From: Vermamoeba vermiformis
Taxonomy: Eukaryota
NCBI GenBank assembly: GCA_045837725.1
Contig: JBEWZL010000087.1
Location: 119,358-139,357 of the forward strand
Length of the DNA: 20,000 bases
Direction: 5' to 3'
The notes under the pieces were generated by a model, which saw nothing but the letters and a program-made list of their open reading frames with translations, was not told where the DNA came from and searched no databases. A program made the position numbers and the translations under genes. Positions 8,695 to 19,689 of the stretch are shown one piece after another (positions within the stretch are counted from its first letter, which is position 1; every line of letters starts with the position of its first letter).

Positions 8695-10253
8695 TTATTT
8701 GGCTTCGGTTTGCAACTTCTCCAACAATTGCTTGGCCAACTCTTGTTGCTTTCGCCATTGAGCGAATTGTTCGGGCTGCTTCATCTTCATTTGCAATTTA
8801 CTAAAAATACCATGATTAGGCTATACCTTGCTAAGGAATGGTAGCTGAAATGCAGATCGTGCATCTAGTGCGCGTGCACATCTGTTTCAAAGCTAGGGAT
8901 TTACGTACTCGTTAATCTTAGGAGGAGGAGGCGGCAAGTATGGCATTCTTTCGAACTTTTCGGGCTTCAACAAGGCACGCAAACCAATGCTACAAATTAG
9001 ATATTAATGACTGACACGATACAACTATTCGAGACCCAAAGTGCTCTTATGAGCAGGGACTGCGAATGAAAGTAGCTCTATATATACTCAGTTCATAATA
9101 CTTACGCATTATAGTATAACAGATCGGCCTTTCCACCAACACTTTCAAGGGCTTCGAGCGCCTTCTTGGAGATCTGGCTAACTTCTAATTTAATCGGTGT
9201 CTTCAATAACTCATGTCCCTATAGAAGGCCATAAGTACCATACTAATACACCGACCAATCATTAGTTGAATACGTACCTCTGACAAAACTTTAATTCCAA
9301 CATCAGTCTTTCGCAAAGCTCCAACACAACCAGAATCAATACTACAGCAGAGAATTAGATAAATGATTCGCGCATCATCAAATAGGCGTCGAGTACTTAC
9401 AGAGTTCTCATTGTGATAGTTTCGTTCGGGTTAATATGTCCTCGGTCAATCCAGCTTTGGATCTGTCCAAGGTTGACGGGGGCGTATGTTCTCTTAAACC
9501 TAAAAGAATCACGTATAAGATAAAATTGCACGAGACGTTGGCTACTTGATGAAGTGGAGCAAGGTATATAAGATTATGCCCTAGTGTTTCAATAAATGAA
9601 GGTTGATCCGAAACGATCCAAATTTTCGACACAGGAGCTTTCTTGACCACGTAATATGCAGATTATACTTACATCATATTTCTGAAACCGAATTTGCGCA
9701 TTCTTTTGTAAATTGGTGTTTGTCCTCCTTCAAATCCGGGAGCTACACTTCTGCCTGAACGTGATCGCTGACCTTTGTCACCACGACCAGATTTCTTTCC
9801 TCGACCAGTACCATGACCTCTGCCGACGGGACGTGACTATGGAAATAATATAGTAAGATAAAGGCATCAAGCTAGCACTAAGAGGCGCAGATCTGTCGGA
9901 CAAAATAGAGATCCAGAAACGCGATAAAAATGCATTAAATTAATTTTAAAAAATATGTGCATGATATAACGTATATTAAATGTTCTGAAAAAGCTAAAAT
10001 AGCGTCTCCCTTTAAATTAGGAGAATAAATCCAGTTTCAAAATTATTATTTGATGTATTTCTCTCACCTTCTTTCGTGCACCCTTGTTATCTTTCAACTT
10101 ATTTAATGCTACAGGAATTGCTGCGTTTTTTCGTAAAATATCTGCAACGTTGTTTGCGTATGTTCGTTGGGCTGGATTGAACATCTGCCTCATGACAGAG
10201 GTGAATGTATTGCCCTTCTTGGACAAAGTCAGTGACGACAACTGTTTAAGCAT
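8695..10253 (-). CDS. MRPL15: Mitochondrial ribosomal protein uL15m (7 exons)
   Basis: Basic, Ser/Thr-rich presequence followed by [38 protein letters not shown]...[18 protein letters not shown], then [21 protein letters not shown] and ALESVGG. First exons are 10253-10068, 9836-9673 and 9499-9401; stop TAA at 8697-8695. Confidence 0.95.
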
Positions 10254-10476
10254 GGTTGTCGTGTTGTATTCAAAATAAATTCTAAAATGATTCGACATAT
10301 ACAGTCAGTAAATTTATCGACAATCACCCGGTAGTGCCAACACATATAAATAATTGTAGAAAACATTCAATCTGGCTTGATTACTATCGTATAACCGCTA
10401 GTAAGCGTTTTATTCATATTTTAAGCTGAAAACATTAGTTTTGAGTTCACCGTATTGAGCGACCATTACGACGAGC

Positions 10477-11501
10477 TTATTTGACCTTCTTAGCCTTGGT
10501 AGTCTTGCTCTTGTTCTTAGCGGCTTGGCTGTAGATGTAGCTAGTGAAGGGACCTTCGAAGAACTTAGCAGCGATTTGGTAGCAAAGGAAGATGTGAACG
10601 GTCAACAACAAACCAGCAGGGCTCTTCTCACTAGAAATATGATAAATAATCGTTACAAAATAGCTATTATATATCTAGTACGTACCGCAAAGCATAACCC
10701 AAGAACAACAAAGAACCTCCGTTGTACATAGGATCGTCAGTGACGTTGAAAGGGAAGCCAGTAACACGTTCCTTCATCAAGATACCAAAGTAGTCACCGA
10801 GGTAAGTACCAGTGATACCCAATCTATTGTATTAATTTAAGTCAGTTAAGCTATCGATACCACAAAAAACGGCAAGAAAGCAGCTGAAAAAGGTTATCAA
10901 GCACCGATCAGGATCGGATCCTACCTAAAGAAGGAGCCGAGGGAGAGAAGGAGACCAATGCCAATCAAAGCATAAGATCCGTATAAGGCGACTTGATCGT
11001 CGATGGGATACTTGGGTTGGTGTTCCATGGCAAGGTGGGAGCTGACAGATTCAATCGATCAGTAATGGCACTGAAAAATCCAAAATGATGCATTGAACAT
11101 AATTATGGTGCATATGAGTGGTTATATTCTGAAGTAAATAAGCAAAAATACGCAGTAAAATATCGGTCAAAGATCCACGTCAGAAAAAAAATATCAGCGA
11201 GTAATAAATTAATTCCGACTAATAAATCGTTCAGGCATCGCCATATTAATTTTGTAAATAAAACTTACATATAATCACGAACAACAGCCAAAGAGAAAAT
11301 GACAATGGCCAAAAAGTAGCATCCGACTCGAGCGCTGCCGCAGAAGAGGCGAGTCAAGATGTGAGTCTTGTATTCCAAGCGAGCAACAATGTTCCAAAAT
11401 ACGGGGTTGAAAGTAATTGAAGCCAAAGCAAGGTGCAAGATGGGATCATCCAGATTAACATAGGGACCGACAAGGGTCTTGAGTTGTTGGAATTGTTCCA
11501 T
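10477..11501 (-). CDS. PEMT: Phosphatidyl-N-methylethanolamine / phosphatidylethanolamine N-methyltransferase, PEMT/Opi3 family (213 aa, 4 exons)
   Basis: Exons 11501-11269, 11041-10925, 10823-10686, 10630-10477. Motifs [40 protein letters not shown]...[11 protein letters not shown] and FEGPFT..IY; C-terminal dilysine KKVK. Confidence 0.96.
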
Positions 11502-11703
11502 TTCCTTTACCTACCGTCATGTCACTATTTGATATTCATAATAGAGCCTAAGCAAGGACTTACTATTGTTGAGGATCGCGTGCTACTTCGAACTGAAAAA
11601 ATAACACGACTGCCAAGTGACTGTTAGCGAAAAAAATACGCCCTGTCCAGTCATACTTATTTTTTGAAGCGCAAGCCACGGAGGACCTACACATTTGTAT
11701 ATA

Positions 11704-13835
11704 ATGTTCTCGCTTCGTTCTGTTGTTGGCCTCCATCTCAACAGATCTATCACCAGCGCTGTTGTTGCTGAGGGTTCTTCTGTTTTTGCTATTAATAGAG
11801 GACTTGCTACGGCCACCTCCAATCCTAATGCACGAGAAAAAAGCAAAAAGAAAGACCGCTCTAATGCCAAAGCGTTTGAAAAAGCAAATCCCCATATTTT
11901 TTCAACTCGAGTAGTAAATAAGAAGAAAGATGCTAAAAAAGGTATTATTAATTTAATTATATAATTTACGTATCGTATTGTTTTGATGTGGCCCTGTTCA
12001 ATTATTTCAAATCTGTTGAGCGAAAAATTTAATTATTTAAATTATACGCGAGCCAATAGGCCAAATAACCGATGCCACGCTACTATAAATATTCATATTG
12101 ATTTCAAACAAATTATTATTATTTTTTGTTACCGAATTGGCCAGTTATTGACTGTCATCTGAATGCAGCTGCGGAAGAAGAAGCAGCCAAGGTAGAGCTT
12201 ACCCCCGAGGAAACTTTTGAAGACCGCCTTAAAGAATGGGAACAAATCCAACAGTTTATGCAAGTATCCAGAGACTCAGAAAAGATTGATCCACCAGGTA
12301 AGAGATCCGATCGGCGACAATTTACGCTATCCTTAATCGTATATTTATTTGCAACGTTACTAACACACGTATATTCAAATAATTCGGATATATATATATA
12401 TATTACTATGTTTTATTTTTGGGCACGGCAACTAACGCGTTGTTTTATTCTGACAGAGTCACTTGAAGTGCCTGTAGTCAACTTCAATGGAGAACAAGTG
12501 AGCACAATGACTTTGCCCGAATACATCTTCGCAACGCCTGTGCGCTCGGATGTTTTGCACCGTGTTGTTACTTGGCAACTCGCTAAGCGACGACGAGGAA
12601 CTGCTAAGGTCAGTACGCTTGATCTGATAAATTTTTATACCTATAGCGATATTTAATACGGATGATTTATTATGTATCACAATATACTAGACAGCGTTAT
12701 AGTGATGATATGGTTAATTTATGTGTCAAATTATTTTCAGCGTGGGCAGATCCCGCGCAATTATACGTAGTACAGTAGCACTTTAGTTTGAGGTTGTTGA
12801 GGCCCCTTGTTCTCAATGTCCTTAGGATGGGTGCGAGATGCTATATATAATATATATTTGTATATTAACTCGTAATTAATGCATTAACCCTGTTAATTAC
12901 ACGACGCTAATGTTTCCGTTTGAAGGCTAAAACCAGAGGTGAAGTTCACGGCAGCCGAAGAAAATTGTACAAACAGAAGGGTACCGGTAAAGCCCGTGTC
13001 GGTGACAACAGATCCGCCATTAGGTAAGTTGTGCTGCTTAGCTGTAGCTCGCTGTTGATGACTTGCGACTCCTCAACGCGGATGCAGTCTTTTGTCAATT
13101 CATGTCATTTACTTATCTCATTCATTTGATAGAGTTGGAGGAGGTGTTGCATTTGGACCTAAGCCTCGTGACTTTTCATACGATTTGCCTAAGAAGGTAG
13201 TTACATTATAGCTTTGTCTTCCGAGTGGTCACATCCGCTAACTTGTTTTTTTCTAGGTTCGTTCTTTGGGCTTGAGATCAGCTTTGGCATCCAAGTTTGC
13301 TCAACGCAAGGTACGAAAGAAGCGCTTCTAAAGCACGTTAACGACCTGTCTAACATTTAACTTTAGTTGATCATTTTGGACTCGACTGACAACATTGAAA
13401 TTGCTAAGACTAAGGAACTAAATCAACAGTAAGTAGTGCCCGTGACCAGCATGCGTTATATACGGTTTACTTAGGCAATCGATTTTAGCATTCAAGAACG
13501 CAACTGGCAGAACGTGTTGCTGATCGACAACGAAAAAGTCAACGACAACTTGTTGCGCGCTAGTTTGAACTTGAAGGATATTGACTACTTGCCTCGCACT
13601 GTAAGTGTACTAATTATGACGAATGACTGAGCTAATGGTTATGCAGGGCATTAATGTTTACGACATTCTGCGCCGAGATCTGGTCATCTTGCACAAGGAC
13701 GTCATTCCTTATTTGATGGAACGATTTGCCAACCAAAATGCTCCTCGTAGCAAGGGCTCTGTACGCCGCAAGAGCATGGATTCTTTGGTCCAACAAATTG
13801 AGCAGATCACCGTCAACGAGAAGATCAACGCCTAA
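11704..13835 (+). CDS. MRPL4: Mitochondrial ribosomal protein uL4m (9 exons)
   Basis: Exons 11704-11941, 12169-12297, 12457-12608, 12926-13023, 13133-13196, 13257-13310, 13367-13428, 13489-13600, 13647-13835. Motifs [65 protein letters not shown] and GINVYDILR; presequence MFSLRS...RGLATA. Confidence 0.96.
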
Positions 13836-13982
13836 AAGGAAAAAATTTAAAATGAACCAAAAAATTAAAATCAGCAATGTAATTTGTTAAATTTTTGATA
13901 ATAAAGCGGATATTTATTGAATTACATTGTGCAGGGCGATGTACAAAGGCAAAAGGAGGATTTTACAAGGGGGTCCTTAGAC

Positions 13983-14641
13983 TTATTTGCCAGTGTTCAT
14001 AATCAATGTAATATTGTCTCCTTTCAATAAAATTCGGCCTATAGTAATAAAAACCAATCGTTAATAAATGCTCAGAGAAGTAAATAATTTACTTGACTCG
14101 TTATGAAAACGCAGGAATATAATCTAATTAGCCGAGCCGATCGTTTAAATTAAATTAATATAAAAATATTCTAAAATTATTTGTAATATTATAAAACGAG
14201 GAAATCAAAGGCTCGGTAGATTTGTCAGCGATCCCTCCTGGTTAGGCGGTAAGAATAAATACTTACCTAATCTCTTTCTGGTTTTCTTTTTCAAGTGGAC
14301 TTCTTCAGCATCATCCAAAACAACGTTCATGTACTCGTCGAATCCCTGCAGAAAAATTTTAGATTCTGTTCACGCCTTTGATAATTGAGCTAAATAACGT
14401 ACGATAATAATTCCTTCTAATCGCATATCGGTTTGTTCGAATAACCACATTTGAACTCTGGCTTTCTGTATTGAACAAAATTAGATTCGATATTATTATC
14501 AATATTTTTTATTTCGCTTACCGTTTGCAAATAACGAAAGATAACTTGCTAATAATGATAAAATAAATGTTAGTATATTTTTAAAATAATTATTAGGCCA
14601 CTTACAATGGGCTGAGCCATAACTTTCTGTACTCTCGACAT
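13983..14641 (-). CDS. SNRPE: Small nuclear ribonucleoprotein SmE (86 aa, 5 exons including a 27-nt exon); absent from the ORF track
   Basis: Exons 14641-14606, 14548-14522, 14465-14403, 14345-14267, 14038-13983 give [86 protein letters not shown]. Confidence 0.97.
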
Positions 14642-14850
14642 CGTGGGCAGATGAGAATTAAATGGACTAAAAAATTGGGGACTAAGGGTCTATATAAGAA
14701 GTGAGAAATTAGTCGGTGCAATTTGTGGTAAATCAACACCGGGAAGTAGCAAAAAAGACTCGATCTCGAACGACAGAATTTAGGCGCAGAACACGATAAG
14801 AAAAATCTCAACACAAAAGTTTTGAATTTACAAAGGACGCTTTATTCCTC

Positions 14851-16576
14851 TTATACGAAAACGTACATAGCATTCGGTAGGGCTTTGAGAAGGTTTTCCT
14901 TCACGGTTGCTTTGGTTTCGGATGAGTTTTTGAGATTCGACACTATAATGACCTGTTGCAAGCTTGTTAAGCACGTTAAAGCATAGCCTTCGCTTTCTAA
15001 CTCCATGCACAGCAAGAAAGTAAGGTGTTTGAGCGTCGTAAGCTGATGGATCGTGTCATCTGACAAAGGCGTCATTGCAAGTTCTCGCAGATTCGTCAGC
15101 AGAGGCAAAATCGTCTGTGCCGTTTCGTTATTGTCTTGAGTGAGCTTCAAATAGGTCAAGTGCTGCAAGGCCGATAAGTTCATAAGCTCTGGTTGCCACC
15201 AATTAGCCGAGAAGTGCGCCAAAGCGGTCAAATCCGACAGTTTATCCAAACAAATCGGATCTACTATAATGTTGCCGAGAGTTAGCTTCTGTAGGTCTAA
15301 TCTGCTCGATAAGTCTATTTCCACGACATTAGTGGTGCTAGTAAAGAGATCCAGTTCGCGCAAGGTCGTCGGCATCTTCTGAATAGTTGCTGTATAGATC
15401 GAATGCAATTTCATATCCAAGCGGGTCAATTTGCTGCATTTTTCCAAATTCAATAAATCGTTCAAGTTAAGTTCAGGGCTTTGTACAGTAAATTGCAGAT
15501 CTCGCAGATTTTCAAGCCTCGTCCATTCCAAATCTTCGCAATCATACATCGAATATGCCAGCGATGTTAAATTTGTAGGTAAATAAGCGCTGAATTTCCC
15601 CGCTGTTTCTTCAAGTGTCAATCGTCGTAGCAAGGACAAATTTGTTAAAAATTCATGTCTTCTTTCTTCGTTCTCGTTCGTTGAAATAGATATTGCAGCT
15701 ATTTCGAGCGTCTGCAAATTTGTTAGCCGGCTTAGATTTTCCAAGGAAGAACACTGGATGCTGGCAAGTGTCAGATGCGTCAATGTAGTGTTCATAGTGA
15801 TATCTTCCACCGATACATTGGTGCCATTTATAGTAAGTGACTGTAATGCACTGAATTTTAGAGGAAAAGGCGTGTCTGATTCGAACATTTGGGACCAATA
15901 ATCGAGCACCAAATGTTTCATATTGTAGAAGCGTTCAATCGCAGCAAAATCGCCCATATTTGATCCATTGAACATTAATCTTGTCAATAATGATGGATTT
16001 GGGAGTGCAGAGAGCAGGCCAGTGTAGTCGTCTTGATCCGAAAAAGTGATTTTGAGATCTTGAAGGACAGTCAATGATGAGAATACGTGTATGTCCGCCA
16101 TAAATCTGTACATGCGTACTAGATGTAGTTTGTTGAGCTGCGGTAATTTAGCAAGTAAATCCACTGGCGGATCTTCTAGTTTCAATTGTTTTAGTCCGGA
16201 AAGCGTTGTTAAGGCGAGCCATGCATTGGTTAATTTGTCTGTTGCTATTGAGAGCGATGTCAAATTTGTTAAGCGGGCTAAGCTTTCAGCGAGTTGATGT
16301 TCCGCAATCCGCTTTGTCTTTTTGAATCTGAACTGAATGGGAACTGTGTAACGTGAAAAAGTTCTTTCCAGAGCGTCGATGTCGTGATTTTTGATGCAGT
16401 AGAGTGTAAATGACTGCTTGTTGATAGCTTTGAACCATCTGGAACAAACTGATCGAGCTTGATCGACGAATTTACGCTCCAAAAAATTTAGAATAAATTG
16501 AAGAATTTCTTGCGGTAATTTATCCTACAAAAAACACATCAATCAGTTTGCCAAATGATCTGATCCTGCTTACCAT
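14851..16576 (-). CDS. F-box / leucine-rich repeat protein (about 558 aa)
   Basis: ATG (16576-16574) is followed directly by a 49-nt GTAAGC..TAG intron, then one exon 16524-14851 starting DKLPQEILQFILNFLERKFVDQARSVCSRW (F-box), followed by many LxxLtnLxxLxL repeats. Confidence 0.9.
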
Positions 16577-17223
16577 TATCTTGCAAGGTCACGCTAGTAC
16601 GCAAGTATAGTTCGTAATATAACTCCGAAGTGCGTAGTTATTCATGCACTACTCTTTAGCCTGCTTTACTATTACAGGTTCGAAATTTTTTGTTCGCGAA
16701 TCTTGGCTAGATTCTGTTCGAATTCCGAGGCTCTATTTTCGGTTTCGAACAGCTGTCGTTCGGTTTTTACGCTGAGATAGCTTTAAGATTGGTTCAATAA
16801 AGCGGCCGTAAAACCATATAAGGTGAATTTAAAAAAGATACGGTACACTTTATTACTCCGGAGTTAATTAACTGGGGTCTTATCTTCATTACAATAACAT
16901 TATTCGCCGATCAGATCAATTAAGTGCCTATCAGTACCTCGGAATGTGTCAAGTTTATGCGCAGATCCGTTAAAAAAAACACTTGTGAGTGCACTACTTT
17001 CTACCGCCCAAACTTTGATAATCTTGATGCGAGTACCAAACAGTAGGTGGTTTTCGATAGTAGCCGGCAAGTCCATTGAGGATCCTGGCTGAATGATCCT
17101 ATTGCCTATTTAGTACTGTACGGAAACGCACGTGATGTGTTCCAAAACAACATAAAATGGCGCCGATATTTTCAGTTCTATTCAGTCAAAAATAACAACA
17201 CAACAAATCTTATCAACACAAAG

Positions 17224-18711
17224 ATGAAATCAATTCAAGTTTTATTACTCGCGTGTCTATTCTCTGCTGCCTTGGCGACTTTCGGCCACCATAACACGCG
17301 TCAAGCCCCTAAGCTCGCCTTCTTTTGCGAAGTGGATCCTGCGACTATCCCATCGATTTCTACACCTGCCGTCCTTTCTGCCTTGCGTGCGATGAATGCC
17401 ACTGTTAAGTAAGTTAAAAGTGGTGATGAAGAGTATTTCTCCGTTGCAAAAATGACAGATCCCCAATTTAGTGTTTCAATAATTTCAAAAATTGTGCGTT
17501 TAATTAATTGGTAAAATGTGCTAATATCGTTCTTAATAGTATTGCCATTCGTGACTTCTCAGATGCCCGTACAAACTACATCCGTTTATTAAATCAACAT
17601 AATATCACAACCTCTGCTTGGCTAGTGTTAAACTACACCGACGGATATTGGTCTAACATCAATAATGCCAACAAGTTCGTGCAATTCTATCAAAGCGTAA
17701 GTTGATGGCGCGATTGAATGGATCTAATGAATGGCGTTTTTGACATCTTGACAGTTCTATCAATGGACCCAACAAAACTCTCTAAAATGGGACGCTATTG
17801 GCCTCGATATGGAGTTTGACTTCAATGAGATCGCTGGCTTAGCTACTGGTGATTTGTCATCTTTTATTGCTGCGATTTACGGCCGACTTTCCTACCCTCA
17901 AGTTTTGGATGCCGCAAGAGCAACAGTATGTCCTTCTTTATCGCTAAAAATTCATTTATTAATTATCTTATGTTAGTACAACTCTTTGGTTGCACAAATT
18001 AAGGCTCATGGATATAGAACTGAAAGCTACATTTTCCCTATTATGTTCGACGAGCGCCGTTCTAACAGACCTTTATTGGAATTGATGTTCGGCATGGTTG
18101 ACGTGCGCACCACTGACGTTGAAATCCCAATGCTCTATTCTAGCAGCATTCCTAATGGCCTTGGATTTTTGAAGTCATACGGTCGTACCCCTGAAGCAGT
18201 TGGTAAGCGAAAATTAAGGCCTATATTTGTAGAATATTTACTAATATATCAATAGCTATCGGCAGTGCTGGCGGTGATCCTCTTCAAGCTTCAAACAACT
18301 TTACCAAGATCTACCACGACTGGTCCGAAATGGAACGCGACCTTTTGTTCACTTATCAAGAGCTTACTCGTAATATCTACATCTACAGCTTGCCGGGTAA
18401 GTCATTGCACATTCAGATCCGATTAAATAACCGAAATCTAATTTACCATTAATTTAATAGGCGTTGTTAGCAATGGCTGGTTGCAAAAGATTGTTGAATT
18501 GAACTGGCGCAAGCAATTGACGCTCAAGGACCGTTTAATGTTTGAATTCCAAGCTGTTCGTGTTGCTTGCGACCGTCAAGATTTGAACGCTCTCTTGCGT
18601 GCCCCAATTGCTCCAATCGGATCCAACACTAACTGGCTCGCTGTCAATGACTTCGAAGTCTTCACGAATATTCTCGAGTTTACCTTCAAATATTTGGGAC
18701 TCAGTGCTTAA
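17224..18711 (+). CDS. Secreted uncharacterised TIM-barrel glycoside-hydrolase-like (GH18-like) protein (6 exons)
   Basis: Exons 17224-17408, 17540-17696, 17755-17925, 17977-18202, 18256-18396, 18461-18711, all in phase. Signal peptide MKSIQVLLLACLFSAALA and four N-x-T sequons. WDAIGLDMEF resembles the GH18 DxxDxDxE strand and DVEIPMLYS the GH18 MxY strand. The gene model is solid; the function is inferred. Confidence 0.8.
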
Positions 18712-18968
18712 TTTTGTCTCGTCAATTCTTCCTACCGAGATCTGTTTATATTGTACATAGCTGTAAATACCAAAATTTTGGTTGGTTGTTACTTAGCAAC
18801 AAATAAAAGGCTTCGGCCTATTGTTTTCATCCAAATAATCGCTTTAAGTTGCACAGTTCTCTGTTTGGAAACGAGCATTTTATTTTCGTGTCAACTTTTG
18901 GAAACAACAAACCTCTTTTAATATTAATTGTAACTCGTACCTAAAGAACACGTTAGCGAATTTAATTC

Positions 18969-19689
18969 ATGTCATCGTGCAGATGCGTAGTAGTTGGAGA
19001 AAGTAATGTTGGAAAGACCAGTTTGTTAGCTGCTTACCCAAATCAGGGGAGACATTCAAACAAGCTCTGAGGATTACGTTCGTAAGATGAATAATTGTAT
19101 AGTTATTATAATCGTTGGTTAATTTGAGTCGCTAGGCATTCTTCATAAATCAAAGAAAAAACGAGGAGGCGAGCTTTTAGCCTCGTATTTTGAGATAGAT
19201 GCTGCAATTGTTAATGAACCGTGAGTATTTTTAAAATATTAATTTTTAATAATAATGATAATAATTTTTGTTGACTCTAAGCAAAATTGGATTCGGGATG
19301 CGTCATTTCAAATATTTTCTCACCTTTTGTTTTCCAGTGCATTCAACTTCGCATTGCAATCCATAAACACTATCATATTGTGCTTTGCGTTGGACGACCC
19401 TGAGAGTATTGAAGTATTACGAACCGAATTTCTGCCAAAGATCAAAGAATCAAATCCAGAAACGCCTCTGCTGCTTGTCGGCACGAAATCGGACTTGCGC
19501 GATAAATTAAAGAACGATGGCTATCAATATAATTACATCACGATGGAACAAGGCCTTCAATTACAGGCCGAAATTGGCGCAGTAAGGTACACAGAATGTT
19601 CGGCAGTTACTGGAGAGGGAATTCAAGAAGTGTTTGATGACGTATTATGGATGAATTATGACCGATATATCAAGCTAGGAAAACACTGA
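18969..19689 (+). pseudogene. Divergent Rho/Rac-like small GTPase with a frame break in exon 1 (pseudogene, assembly indel or recoding)
   Basis: Exons 18969-19081, 19136-19220, 19338-19689. G1 CVVVGESNVGKTSLL, G4 LLVGTKSDLR and G5 YTECSA..GEGIQEVF are present. In-frame TGA at 19068-19070; the coding sequence continues in the +1 frame (EDYV). Confidence 0.7.

Noticed and set aside
11563..11895. Minus-strand ORFs 11563-11895 and 11583-11870, and similar antisense ORFs over SEC20, uL4m and the LRR gene
   Set aside because: They are shadow ORFs opposite well-supported coding exons.
12701..12708. Box C-like AGTGATGA in uL4m intron 3
   Set aside because: There is no downstream box D (CTGA) within the intron, so a C/D snoRNA is not supported.
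1..16576. Cullin-ligase theme (two F-box genes plus CSN8) as a functional cluster
   Set aside because: F-box genes are typically numerous in such genomes and these are separated by unrelated housekeeping genes, so chance is sufficient.
19068..19070. TGA as selenocysteine or readthrough in the Rho-like gene
   Set aside because: Reading through in the same frame hits TAA a few codons into exon 2; only a frame change restores the protein.
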